Positions 9,096 to 18,914 of a stretch of 64,000 bases of DNA are shown here, piece after piece. The position numbers were made by a program, and so were the translations under genes. Below the pieces are notes generated by a model that was not told the DNA's origin, made no database searches, and saw only the letters and a list, made by a program, of their open reading frames with translations. The stretch's first letter is position 1, and each line of letters opens with the position of its first letter. The DNA is from Phragmitibacter sp. (lineage in GTDB: Bacteria; Verrucomicrobiota; Verrucomicrobiia; Verrucomicrobiales; Verrucomicrobiaceae): contig OZ260079.1 of assembly GCA_965284365.1 (NCBI GenBank), positions 456,836 to 520,835 of the forward strand. The letters are read 5' to 3'.

Positions 9096-9843
9096 GGTGG
9101 ATGGCAGACTCCACAAATCGCTGCTGCACGGCCACACGGTCGGCCAGAGAGTACTCGGAGGGAGACTCAAACGTAAACGAAATGGGGGCACCAAGGTAGT
9201 GCAGCACAATCGCCTCTGGCTGGCCAGGCAATTCAGGTGGGACACGGCGTGCGATCACGCCATGGCGTGCGGCGCGGCCTTCGATCTTCGTACGGAGATC
9301 CGGGGGAATGATGCTGGCGCAGTCCGCGAGAAGGGCGGCTCCCATGCTGGGAAGTTTGCTGGAAAGTTCATACACGTAACAGCCCTGCCCATCATAGTCT
9401 TCATGCAGGCAGATGCAGATGGCAAAACGGCGAGTCTTCACCGTAGCAAGCCAGGCGCTGATGAGCGGATCATCCTCCAAATGAAAACTGCGATTGATAT
9501 CCATGCCCCGGTAGTCGGCACGGGTGTTCAGAATGAGGCCATGCGGGTTCAGGGCTGGAAACAACAGGACGCGCTGCTGTTTCAGAAGCGGGACGTTCGC
9601 CCGAGCCCACTCGAGAAGCCCCCAAGGCGCCGCGGCTTCATCCCCATGTACGCCTGCTGAGATGTAGATGACGGGACGATCATCGTCCCGTCGGTCCGGC
9701 GACGTGACGACATAGACCGGCTGATCCGCTACGCGCAACAGCACTGACATTTTCAGCCCTGCTTCCTTCACCAGCGCCTGCCAGCAACGGATGAGATGGC
9801 GGTAGTCGTGACTGCGGTGCTGGTGCAGCGGAGGATTCATCAT
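9079..9843 (-). CDS. succinylglutamate desuccinylase/aspartoacylase-family zinc peptidase, MpaA-like (murein tripeptide amidase candidate)
   Basis: Zinc motif 'ISAGVHGDEAA...FPALNPHG'. Overlaps the downstream hydrolase start by 17 nt. Lies directly downstream of mpl. Confidence 0.55.
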   Translation of the reverse strand: MMNPPLHQHRSHDYRHLIRCWQALVKEAGLKMSVLLRVADQPVYVVTSPDRRDDDRPVIYISAGVHGDEAAAPWGLLEWARANVPLLKQQRVLLFPALNPHGLILNTRADYRGMDINRSFHLEDDPLISAWLATVKTRRFAICICLHEDYDGQGCYVYELSSKLPSMGAALLADCASIIPPDLRTKIEGRAARHGVIARRVPPELPGQPEAIVLHYLGAPISFTFESPSEYSLADRVAVQQRFVESAIHHVLGL

Positions 9844-9859
9844 GAGCAGCGAGAACGTC

Positions 9860-11245
9860 TTACTTTAGACGCTCCAGCAGCTTTGCATGGATGCCATCAA
9901 ATCCGCCATTGCTGAAAACGATGACAACATCCTTCTTTTGGGCGCGGCTTTTCAGGCGCTCGATGATCGCGTCCACATTCGGCTCGTGGTAGGCTTCCCG
10001 GCCTGCGGCTCTAACCGCGTCCGCGACGGCATCCACATTCAAACGCTGGCCTTCTGGCACTTTCTCAGGGGCATTGACCGCGGCAATGATGCAGCCGTCT
10101 GCTTCCTTCAACGCATCGATGAGTTCCTGTTGCAGGATATTTCGACGGCTGGTGTTTGACCGTGGCTCGAAGAGCGCCCAGAGACGGCTCTTCGGATACA
10201 TCTGTCTCAGGCCTTTAAGTGTCTCGCGAATTGCGGTCGGATGGTGGCCGAAGTCGTCGATGATGGTGATGCCCTTCACGGTGCCACGCACGGTCTGCCG
10301 GCGTTTTACGCCTTTGAACTCGACCAGGGCGTCACGGATTTCCGCATCCGACAAGCCAGAGAAGCGCCCGCCGCAGACCGCCATGGCGGCATTGCGGACA
10401 TTAAACTCGCCAACCATCGGGAGACGGAATTTGTCTTTTCCAAGAGCGAAGTCGGTGTATTCCGGTGCAGCCTTGACCACTTTCAGACGCACATCGCAGT
10501 CTTCGCCGAAGCCAACGGTCTTGATCGGCGCGGGGCAGTCCTTGATGAGAGAGCGGCAGGAGGCTTCGTCGCCGTTTACAAAGACGCAGCCGTTTTTCGG
10601 CACGACGCGTAGAAGGTGCCGGAATGAGAGAAGGATGTCGTCCAGCGAGTTGAAGATATCCGCGTGATCAAACTCAATGTTGTTCACGATGACGACTTCC
10701 GGCAGGTAGCGCAGGAACTTTGACCGTTTGTCAAAGAAGGCGGTGTCATACTCATCCCCTTCGATGACAAAGAAGTCGGAATCGGTGATGCGGCCGCCGA
10801 CCGTGAAGTTTTCCGGCACGCCACCGATGAGGTAGCCCGGGTTCTTCAGGTTGTGCTCCAGCAGCCATGCCAGGATGGATGACGTGGTGGTTTTGCCATG
10901 CGTGCCGGTAACTACGAAGTTCCGTTTTCCCTGCAAGGCTTCCCACTGAAGCAACTCCGGCATGGATGTGTAAGGAAGCTTCCGCTCCAGCACGGCTTCC
11001 ACCTCGGGATTCCCCCGGGAGATGGCGTTTCCAACGATATACAAATCGGCATTATCGGGGAGATTCTCGGGCTTGTACCCTTCATAAATCTTGATTCCCT
11101 GCGATTCGAGCAAAGTGGACATGGGGGGATAGACGGCGCTGTCTGAGCCCGTCACGTCATGCCCCAATGCCCGGAAGGCGGCTGCGACAGACCCCATGGC
11201 CGTGCCGCAGATCCCTATGAAATGAAACTTTTTCAGTCGGATCAT
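9860..11245 (-). CDS. mpl: UDP-N-acetylmuramate:L-alanyl-gamma-D-glutamyl-meso-diaminopimelate ligase
   Basis: 'KFHFIGICGTAMGSVAAAFRALGHDVTGSD' and the 'VTGTHGKTTTSS' P-loop match the Mpl/MurC family N-terminus. 461 aa. Confidence 0.8.
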   Translation of the reverse strand: MIRLKKFHFIGICGTAMGSVAAAFRALGHDVTGSDSAVYPPMSTLLESQGIKIYEGYKPENLPDNADLYIVGNAISRGNPEVEAVLERKLPYTSMPELLQWEALQGKRNFVVTGTHGKTTTSSILAWLLEHNLKNPGYLIGGVPENFTVGGRITDSDFFVIEGDEYDTAFFDKRSKFLRYLPEVVIVNNIEFDHADIFNSLDDILLSFRHLLRVVPKNGCVFVNGDEASCRSLIKDCPAPIKTVGFGEDCDVRLKVVKAAPEYTDFALGKDKFRLPMVGEFNVRNAAMAVCGGRFSGLSDAEIRDALVEFKGVKRRQTVRGTVKGITIIDDFGHHPTAIRETLKGLRQMYPKSRLWALFEPRSNTSRRNILQQELIDALKEADGCIIAAVNAPEKVPEGQRLNVDAVADAVRAAGREAYHEPNVDAIIERLKSRAQKKDVVIVFSNGGFDGIHAKLLERLK

Positions 11246-11445
11246 ATCTCGTCCACGCCTCAGCGTGAACCGAGTCCATAGCCGCCACGGGAAGGGGACG
11301 CAAGTTTTGGTTTCTTCCCTTTGGGACGAGCCTTGGCGTGCGACGACTTATGATGTTTTGAAGACCGAAGATCACAACATTTTTTCCGCTTGGCGGTCTA
11401 AGCCTGCTCTCTGTTACTATTCACCGTTATCAACTCTTACCTCTC

Positions 11446-12036
11446 ATGAGAACCAATCCATTCACTGCTAGCTCATTCCTCCTGGCCGCCCTTTGCCTGA
11501 GCCTTCCCTTCGCTTCCCTGAAAGCTGCGGAAAACCATGAAATCGACCCGATGCACTCGACCGTGCTGCTGAAGGTGAAGCATTTGGGAGCCTCCACCGC
11601 GTGGGGACGGATCAATACGCTCTCCGGGTATGTGCAGTTGGATCCCGCGGACGCGGCGAAAAGCAAAGTCAGTCTGACGGCCTATGTGAACAGCCTCGAT
11701 ACGAACAATCAGAAGCGGGACGCTCACCTGAAGGGCCCCGACTTCTTCAACGCGCAGCAGTTTCCTGAAGTGACATTCAATAGCACGGCCGTTACCAAGA
11801 AGGATGACACGCACTATGAAGTGACGGGTAACTTTACGGTGCTGGGTGTGACCAAGCCGGTCACGACGACTGTGGAAGTGGTCGGCTCCGGCAAGAATCG
11901 CCAAGGCGAAACGGTGACGGGTTTTGATACGAGCTTCACCATCAAGCGGAGTGACTTCGGCATGAACTTCATGGTCGGGCCTTTGGGCGACGACGTCACG
12001 ATCATGGTCAGTCTGGAGACGGTGAAGCGCGGCTAA
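11446..12036 (+). CDS. YceI-like periplasmic protein
   Basis: Has a signal peptide. 'HSTVLLKVKHLGASTAWGRI...VNSLDTNNQKRDAHLKGPDFFNAQQFPEVTF' fits the YceI family. Confidence 0.7.
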   Translation: MRTNPFTASSFLLAALCLSLPFASLKAAENHEIDPMHSTVLLKVKHLGASTAWGRINTLSGYVQLDPADAAKSKVSLTAYVNSLDTNNQKRDAHLKGPDFFNAQQFPEVTFNSTAVTKKDDTHYEVTGNFTVLGVTKPVTTTVEVVGSGKNRQGETVTGFDTSFTIKRSDFGMNFMVGPLGDDVTIMVSLETVKRG

Positions 12037-12061
12037 GCGGCAAGTTCCGCCGCTCGGAATT

Positions 12062-12964
12062 ATGGATCCGGTGTTTCAGTCGCTCGCTGTGAGTATCGGC
12101 TTGCCGGTGCTGACGGCGGGAATCGTTTTGGTTCTGGCGGCGGTCGTCTGTGGCAGGCAGGCGACTTTCCGGACGACTGCGGGAATCAATGTGAATGGGG
12201 CCGTTGCGATGGGGTGCGGCCTGGGATTTGTGCTGGCGTTTTATTACGCGAATGGCTGGAAGGGGTGGCCGCCTAAAGATACCCTGCAGTGGCTCAGCGT
12301 GGCGGTTTTCCCGGCGATCCTGCTCGGGATCGTGGAAGGGCACACGCGGTTTGGTGTGTCGAAGTGGCGATGGCTTTTGCGCGTGCTGTTGTTAGGTGGA
12401 CTGCTAGTAACACAGTTGCTGCCGCGGTATCGATATCAGTGGAAGGAGGAGGCCGATGCGGTGCTTTACACGGTGGTTCTGCTGGCGCTTTGGATGGTGT
12501 TTTACGCAAGTCTGGAAGGCTGGCTGGAACGGCTGAAGGCTGGCTGGGCTGCGTTTGCGCTGATGGTGCTGGCCTCGGCTGTGAGCGTGACACTGGCGCT
12601 GAGTTCGAGCGCGTCTTTGGGGCAGACGACGGGCATGGCTGCTGCCGCTGCTGGGGCAGTGTGGTTTGTGACTTTGATCTGGAGACGAAGTTTGGCATGG
12701 AAGCGCGGGGCGCTGGCGATCTTTGGTATGCTGTTGCCTGCGCTGATGCTGAACGGGCGGTTTTATTCTGAGCTTAAGACGGACTGCGCGCTTTTGTTGT
12801 TGGCCAGTCCGGTCGTGGGTTGGCTGATCGGTGTGGGATTGCAGCGGTGGTTTCCGGGGCGGAGGTGGATTGGAGCGGCTCCGTTAGCGGGATTGCTGAC
12901 GGCCATTGCGGCTGTGATTCTGGCTTGGTCACGCTACGAGAGCCCGACTGAGTACGAGTGGTAG
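12062..12964 (+). CDS. polytopic membrane protein of unknown function (~8 TM)
   Basis: Hydrophobic helices throughout. No recognisable motif. Confidence 0.45.
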   Translation: MDPVFQSLAVSIGLPVLTAGIVLVLAAVVCGRQATFRTTAGINVNGAVAMGCGLGFVLAFYYANGWKGWPPKDTLQWLSVAVFPAILLGIVEGHTRFGVSKWRWLLRVLLLGGLLVTQLLPRYRYQWKEEADAVLYTVVLLALWMVFYASLEGWLERLKAGWAAFALMVLASAVSVTLALSSSASLGQTTGMAAAAAGAVWFVTLIWRRSLAWKRGALAIFGMLLPALMLNGRFYSELKTDCALLLLASPVVGWLIGVGLQRWFPGRRWIGAAPLAGLLTAIAAVILAWSRYESPTEYEW

Positions 12965-13014
12965 ATCACTCGCGCTCGACCGGAGAAGGTCAGCGTTGTC
13001 GTCGAGCCAATTTT

Positions 13015-16000
13015 CTATTTCGCCGCGTCGACTTGTTGAAGATGAGTCTCCAGATCTTTGACGACATTGAGCTTGCCCCACATGATGGCGAAGTGACCGG
13101 GGAAAGTGCAGACGTATTCGTGCTGGCCGGGTTCTGCGGGAGCGCGCAGTTGCAGGCGTTCGGTCTGGCCGGGCTCCAACATGTGGGTGAAGCCTTTCTT
13201 CCAGATGACTGGCATGTCCGGGATGTAGAGGTAGCCCCGGCGATCGGGCGTGGCGGTCATGGTCATGGCCTTGGTGCCGACGTCCATGTGCGAGGGGCCA
13301 TCAATAAAGACGAGGTTGTGCGGCATGATATCGTTGTTTTCGAAGATGATCTCGAATGGCTTCCCTGCTTCCACGGTGAGGTCGATGGTGTCGTAGCGCA
13401 TCTGTTCGCGCACGGTTTTGATGACAAACACACTGACGCCGAGGTCGCGGAGGCCTTTGCGAATCGCGGCACCTGCTTCACCGGGAACCAGCTTGCCGAG
13501 CTCCAGACCGAGCTGGGAAACTTCCACGTAGGCTTGTTTGGCACGCTGATTGGCGGGAACGGTCTTGGCAAAAGCGAGAATGCTATCTGCCAGCGGCAAA
13601 GCTTGCGCCTTGTCCCATGAGGAGGGCGGCAATTGCATGATGGCACGAGCGACAAGATCACGATATTGACCGGCGAGGAGTAGTTTGGAGAGGAGCTTGA
13701 AATTGGTGGTCGCGTGATCAAGGCCGGTCAGGGCCGCGGCGGCGATGACGGGTTTCATGACGATGGGTGGCAAATTACCCGTCAAGCCTTCCTCGACAAG
13801 CGGTTGGAACTTGGCGCGTAGTGCCGGGTCAGGGATCAAGGCGACGCTTTCCATGAGCACGCTGAGAGTTTCATGATTGTCCTTCCGTCCTTCCCAAGTC
13901 GGCTTGGGGTCACCACTCATGCGGACGAAAGCAGCCATACCGGCGATACGAGCGTCGCGCACGCCGTGATCTTTGGTGGCGATGCGTGTGACGCGATCCT
14001 GTGCGGCTTTCAAGGCCTTCGGATCGGAGCCGGCCAGCAATTTGCCGAGATCGGCATAGACTGGGGTTTGCACTTGCTGGTCATCCAGGCGGATGAGGGC
14101 TGCGACGAGTTCGGCTTCACGAGAGGTTTTGCGAAGCTTGGCGAGATCCGTGGCGGCGCTGTCTTTGGTGGCGGAATCCAGGCCTTTACGCTCGATCTGA
14201 GCGGCTAACACGGCTTCCTCGCGAGGAGCCAATTTCAGTTCGTCGTTGGTCATTTTATCCAACACATAAGCCAAGGCGGCGGGATTCGACTTGATGTCGA
14301 TCTCCTGCGGCGCGGGCTTCAGAGCGCGCATGGTTTCCCCAAGCGTGTAGTTGAGGTAGTAATCCATGGGGTGTTTCAGCACCTCCAGGGCGGCTTCCGC
14401 AGCGGCAACGCGATCTGACTTCACAAGCTCTGCGATCGCGGGCAGTGTGCCGTCCATGGAAGCGAAGAAGCTGCAAGCGCGCACGGCTTCAAGGCGCACG
14501 AGCGGGCTTTCGTCATTGGCGGCTTTCTTCAGAAGGCTCAGAGCTTCCGGGATTCGGTCGCGCCAGTAGCAGAGCACGCGCACACCGGCGGCACGAGCCT
14601 CTGGTGTTTGGGCAGTCAACTGCTCCTTCAGCCACGCGGGATTGACGAGGTTGAGATACTGCTGCAGCCAGAGAACCTCGGTGATGAAGTGTTCATTCTT
14701 GGCGACGTTGTCGCTGTCGTCGTAAGCTTTGGCGTCGAGGCTCTTGAGAATTTCTTCCGCAGAACGTTTGCTGAGTTCGAGCTTGGCACGTTCGCGGGTG
14801 CGGAATTCGGGAGCCTTGAGGAGACTGATGAGTTCGTGGACGGAGGCACCATCAATTTTAGCTGGCTTCACCAAGGGCTTCTCCGTATTCCAGACACGCC
14901 AGATGCGACCATACTTGTGGTCACGAAGGGGATCACGAATGCTGTACTGCATGTGGCCGATGAGGGCTTCCGCCCAGTCCACGAGGTAAAGCGAGCCATC
15001 GGGAGCAAATTCCATGTCCACAGGACGGAAGTTCGGATCGCTGCTCAGCACTAGAGGTTCGATCTCCTTGGCCTCGTAGCCGGAACCGACGGCTTTCACC
15101 CTGTGATTCAGGGTGCCCTGGACACCGATGCAATTGTTTAGCAGGAAGTTTCCCTGCATGTCATCCGGGAAGTTGCGGCTGCTGACGAATTCGCAGCCGC
15201 TTGTTGGGCGGACACGCTTCGTGAGAAAGGTCTGCATCGCGCTGTGTTTTTCCGGAAAGGGCAGATAACCGCTAAAGGCTGTCGCGAAGTAATTGCTGCC
15301 GCCGGAGGCATCCGCGATGAAGGTCTGCCCCCATTGGTCGAAGGCGATGCCATGTGGATTTGCGTAGTTGTAGCTGACGAAGACGCTTAGTTTGTTGCTG
15401 AGAGGTTCGTAACGATAGGTGCCGGCATTAACACAGCGAACGGGACCATAAGGCGTCTCGACCTGGGTATTGTGGAAGGTGCCTTCCTGGAAATAGAGGT
15501 CACCGCCAGGGCCTTTAGTAAAGGCATTGATGACGTGATGGCTGTCCGCGCTATCGAAGCCGCTCAGCACGACTTCCCTGTCATCCGCTTTGTCATCACT
15601 GTTCGTATCCCGCAGCCAGACCAGATCCCGCTGGCTGCTGACCAGAATGCCGTCCTTGTAGAACTCAAAGGAGATGGGCAGGTGCAGGTTGTCAGCGAAG
15701 GTCTTGCAGGTGTTCGCCTTGCCGTCGTTGTCGGTGTCTTCGAGGATGATGATCTTGTCCTCGAATTCATCTCCGGGGCGCCACTGAGGATAACTGGGCA
15801 TGGTGCAGACCCACAGGCGTCCTTTAGTATCGAACGCCATGGATGTGGCATTGGCGAGTTCCGGAAACTGTTCTTCGCTGGCGAAACACTCGACCTTGAA
15901 ACCCTTGGCCGTGGTGAGCGATTTCAGCGTGTCGGCGACACTGGGAATCAACGCGGAGCCGCCCTCCGAGTTCTTGCTGGACTGACCGCGTTGCCCGTCA

Positions 16001-17043
16001 TCGGTTTTGCGCTGATTCACGCCGAACGAAGTCTTCACTTCGAGGAAAGGGGGCACATCGGAGTCATCAATTTTGTCGGGGACTGTCTCGCCTTGAGCCA
16101 ATTTCCAGATGCGCGCATCGCGATTGGCCGTCATGACATCGAGCACTTCGCGCTCGCGCTGCATGACGTCGCGATTGGTTTGATCGCCATCGGCGAACTT
16201 CAGACCGCTGCGGCCACCATAGACATAGTAGCTGTCCACGATGCGGTAGCGATTATACCACTTCTGGTTCTTCGACTCGATCTCGGTGCGGAGTTGTTGC
16301 TCGTTCAGTGCACCCAATTGTTTGACACTCTCCTCCGCCTTCCAGCCGAAAAGCGCTGCTTCTAAAAGCTGTGCGACTGCTTGGTCCCCCTTTGCGGTGA
16401 CATGGATGCCATTAAAGGTGTAGCTCTTGAAATCGCGGTCTGCCCCTTCGTTGGTGAAGAGCTTTCGGGTCGGGTGGTAGATATCTGCGAACGCGACGCC
16501 ATGCTCTTCCGCCACTTCTTTCATGGCTGCCGTGTAAAGCACGAGGCGCTCATTGATAGCTTTACCGTCCGGCAGATTAGGATCACCGAGGTTCTCGGCA
16601 GCGATGGGAGAGACCAGCGCGATGCGGGGAGCGCCTTTGCCGCTGTAGTCCTGCTCCTTGGTGTGCTTGATCCACTCGGTAAGGTCGGCTTTGAACTTCT
16701 CCACACCCTGCGGCCCCTGGAAGGACTCGTTGAAGCCAAAAAAGGCGATCACCACGTCCGCTTTGCTGAAGGTCAGGTGCTCGTCCGGCGTGCCGAAGCC
16801 TTCCGCACGGGGGCGCAAGGCGACTTCGTCTGCGGACCATGAAAGATTGCGCACGACCAAATTGTGTTTGGGAAACCGCTGATACAGGAGTGTTTCCCAG
16901 TGGTTATGCCTCTCGAACTGCATGCGCTCGGCCAGTGTGTTTCCGATGAGACAGATGTGGTCGCCGGGACGAATTTCCAAGGGTGCGGCCGGGAGCCGGA
17001 CTAGGGCGAGGCCGAGAAACAGAAAAGGAAGCAGGCGTTTCAT
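13015..17043 (-). CDS. large secreted PVC-type protein with four regions: an SGNH-like domain, a glucose/sorbosone-dehydrogenase-like beta-propeller, HEAT repeats and a C-terminal cupredoxin
   Basis: Signal peptide 'MKRLLPFLFLGLALVRL'. N-terminus has 'GDHICLIGNT...FFGFNES...ADIYHP' (SGNH-like blocks, with Ser replaced by His in block I). Propeller 'WLRDTNSDDKADDREVV...GIAFDQWGQTFIADASGG'. Long alpha-helical repeats. The C-terminus has the type-1 copper ligands His, Cys, His and Met in 'PHNLVF...CTFPGHFAIMWGKLNVV'. Confidence 0.65.
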   Translation of the reverse strand: MKRLLPFLFLGLALVRLPAAPLEIRPGDHICLIGNTLAERMQFERHNHWETLLYQRFPKHNLVVRNLSWSADEVALRPRAEGFGTPDEHLTFSKADVVIAFFGFNESFQGPQGVEKFKADLTEWIKHTKEQDYSGKGAPRIALVSPIAAENLGDPNLPDGKAINERLVLYTAAMKEVAEEHGVAFADIYHPTRKLFTNEGADRDFKSYTFNGIHVTAKGDQAVAQLLEAALFGWKAEESVKQLGALNEQQLRTEIESKNQKWYNRYRIVDSYYVYGGRSGLKFADGDQTNRDVMQREREVLDVMTANRDARIWKLAQGETVPDKIDDSDVPPFLEVKTSFGVNQRKTDDGQRGQSSKNSEGGSALIPSVADTLKSLTTAKGFKVECFASEEQFPELANATSMAFDTKGRLWVCTMPSYPQWRPGDEFEDKIIILEDTDNDGKANTCKTFADNLHLPISFEFYKDGILVSSQRDLVWLRDTNSDDKADDREVVLSGFDSADSHHVINAFTKGPGGDLYFQEGTFHNTQVETPYGPVRCVNAGTYRYEPLSNKLSVFVSYNYANPHGIAFDQWGQTFIADASGGSNYFATAFSGYLPFPEKHSAMQTFLTKRVRPTSGCEFVSSRNFPDDMQGNFLLNNCIGVQGTLNHRVKAVGSGYEAKEIEPLVLSSDPNFRPVDMEFAPDGSLYLVDWAEALIGHMQYSIRDPLRDHKYGRIWRVWNTEKPLVKPAKIDGASVHELISLLKAPEFRTRERAKLELSKRSAEEILKSLDAKAYDDSDNVAKNEHFITEVLWLQQYLNLVNPAWLKEQLTAQTPEARAAGVRVLCYWRDRIPEALSLLKKAANDESPLVRLEAVRACSFFASMDGTLPAIAELVKSDRVAAAEAALEVLKHPMDYYLNYTLGETMRALKPAPQEIDIKSNPAALAYVLDKMTNDELKLAPREEAVLAAQIERKGLDSATKDSAATDLAKLRKTSREAELVAALIRLDDQQVQTPVYADLGKLLAGSDPKALKAAQDRVTRIATKDHGVRDARIAGMAAFVRMSGDPKPTWEGRKDNHETLSVLMESVALIPDPALRAKFQPLVEEGLTGNLPPIVMKPVIAAAALTGLDHATTNFKLLSKLLLAGQYRDLVARAIMQLPPSSWDKAQALPLADSILAFAKTVPANQRAKQAYVEVSQLGLELGKLVPGEAGAAIRKGLRDLGVSVFVIKTVREQMRYDTIDLTVEAGKPFEIIFENNDIMPHNLVFIDGPSHMDVGTKAMTMTATPDRRGYLYIPDMPVIWKKGFTHMLEPGQTERLQLRAPAEPGQHEYVCTFPGHFAIMWGKLNVVKDLETHLQQVDAAK

Positions 17044-17181
17044 GTGGAGAGACTACCGTACGGGGCAGTCCCGGACGTACGTTCAGCAAATAATTCCCAG
17101 TCCCCTCCCCTCTGGCGAAGGTTCGCATATCAAAATGCTCCTTTCCACCCTGCCCATCTGTGCTATGCTGCCCACCCTCTT

Positions 17182-18597
17182 ATGACGAAAGTAGGACTTG
17201 TTAGCCTTGGTTGCGCCAAAAACCTGATCGATTCCGAGATCATGGTCGGTCATTTGCAGCAGGCTGGCATGATCATGACACCCGAGCCGGAACTGGCTGA
17301 CGTGCTCATCATCAACACCTGCTCGTTCATCGACATGGCGAAGAAAGAGAGCATCTCGAGCGTGCACGATGCCGTTGATGGCCGCGCAGGCTCCAAAAAG
17401 CGGGCTAGGCAAAAGATCATTGTCGCGGGTTGCATGGCCCAGCGGTTTGCTCAGGAACTGCCTGGGTTGATGCCGGAAGTGGACGCTTTTATTGGGCTGG
17501 ATCAACTCACGAAGGTCGCCCCCATTATTGAAGGCCTAATGGGCCACAAGCGCGGGGTTGATGAAGAGCCAGAGAATCACGTCACGGAAAAGCCCAAGTA
17601 CATTCCGGACTACGACACTCCGCGCTTCCGGCTGACGCCGAACCATTACGCCTATATCAAGATCGCGGAAGGCTGCAATCACCCCTGTAGCTTCTGCATC
17701 ATCCCGAAAATTCGTGGGATGCACCGCTCACGCACGCAGGAAAGCGTGGTGCGCGAAGCCCGCGCGCTGGTCGCCAGCGGCGTAAAGGAGATCAATCTCA
17801 TCTCCCAAGACACGACCTATTTCGGCATGGACAAGTGGGAGGGATCCCGCCCGACGCCCCGCAGTGGTGTGGACAGCAGCCGTGGAGAAAGCCTTTCCAC
17901 ACTGATCCGCGCTCTACAGGAGATCGAGGGAGATTTCTGGATTCGTCTGCTTTACACCCACCCTGCCCACTGGAGCGATGAACTCATCCAGACGGTGGCA
18001 GAGTGCTCCAAGGTGGCCCGGTATGTGGACATCCCGCTCCAGCACGTGAGTGACAACATGCTCGGCCTGATGAAGCGGGAAACGAACGGCGCCTACATCC
18101 GGGATCTGATCAAGCGCATGCGCGCGGGCATTCCTGATCTGGCCATCCGCACGACGTTTATCGTAGGTTTCCCCGGTGAAACCGAGGCTGATTTCCAAGA
18201 ACTGCTCCAGTTCATGGATGAGACGAGATTCGAACGCGCCGGCGTGTTTAACTACTCCCGTGAGGAAGGCACGCGTGCCCACAAGATGGAGGGCCACATC
18301 CACCACGCCACCCGCCAGCGTCGTTGGAACCAAGCCATGCGTACATTGCAGATGCGGGCGGAAGAGTTCAATGCCTCCCAAGTGGGCCGCACCATGCGTG
18401 TGCTCGTGGAGCAGCCGGGGCAAGCCCGCAGTCACATGGATGCCCCGGAAATCGACGGCACTGTCTTCGTGGACGAGAGCCTGCCCGTCGGATCATTCGT
18501 GGAGGTCACGGTGAAGGATTGGCGCGGATATGATCTCGTCGCCACGGCTGAGAGCACCGATACGTTTCCCGTTCGTGAAGCAGCATTTCTACACTGA
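17182..18597 (+). CDS. rimO: ribosomal protein S12 methylthiotransferase
   Basis: 'MTKVGLVSLGCAKNLIDSE...LIINTCSFI' is an MTTase N-terminus. Radical-SAM 'EGCNHPCSFCIIP'. Has a C-terminal TRAM region. Start placed at the internal ATG 17182 by homology to RimO N-termini. Confidence 0.75.
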   Translation: MTKVGLVSLGCAKNLIDSEIMVGHLQQAGMIMTPEPELADVLIINTCSFIDMAKKESISSVHDAVDGRAGSKKRARQKIIVAGCMAQRFAQELPGLMPEVDAFIGLDQLTKVAPIIEGLMGHKRGVDEEPENHVTEKPKYIPDYDTPRFRLTPNHYAYIKIAEGCNHPCSFCIIPKIRGMHRSRTQESVVREARALVASGVKEINLISQDTTYFGMDKWEGSRPTPRSGVDSSRGESLSTLIRALQEIEGDFWIRLLYTHPAHWSDELIQTVAECSKVARYVDIPLQHVSDNMLGLMKRETNGAYIRDLIKRMRAGIPDLAIRTTFIVGFPGETEADFQELLQFMDETRFERAGVFNYSREEGTRAHKMEGHIHHATRQRRWNQAMRTLQMRAEEFNASQVGRTMRVLVEQPGQARSHMDAPEIDGTVFVDESLPVGSFVEVTVKDWRGYDLVATAESTDTFPVREAAFLH

Positions 18598-18612
18598 TCC
18601 CAAGTGATCGTG

Positions 18613-18879
18613 CTAGGCTTGACCGTTAGCCACGACGGCAGTTGCGATCGTTGAGACAGATTGCAGCACCTCCCGCGCGGTTTGCGCGTCCGGAATTTTG
18701 AGGCCGAACCGCTTTTCGAGGGCCACGGTCAGTTGCAGGGCATCCACACTATCCAATGCCAGACCGGTCGGACTGAAAAGGGCGGTATCGTCGCCGATTT
18801 CATCCGCTCCCTGGGGTAACATGAGCTCTTCCACCAGAGCCTGTTTCACCTGTTGTTTGATCGTTTCCAATTCAGCCAT
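18613..18879 (-). CDS. acyl carrier protein
   Basis: 88 aa. Phosphopantetheine-site-like 'GLALDSVDALQL'. Acidic helical protein. Confidence 0.7.
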   Translation of the reverse strand: MAELETIKQQVKQALVEELMLPQGADEIGDDTALFSPTGLALDSVDALQLTVALEKRFGLKIPDAQTAREVLQSVSTIATAVVANGQA

Positions 18880-18914
18880 TATCTATAAATCGTTCCAACT
18901 TATACGATTGGCGC

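Noticed and set aside
12958-16365. Antisense ORFs 12958-13620 (220 aa) and 15472-16365 (297 aa) inside the 13015-17043 gene
   Set aside because: Shadow ORFs on the opposite strand of a strongly supported 4-kb CDS. Low-complexity G/A/V/D-rich translation with no domain signatures.
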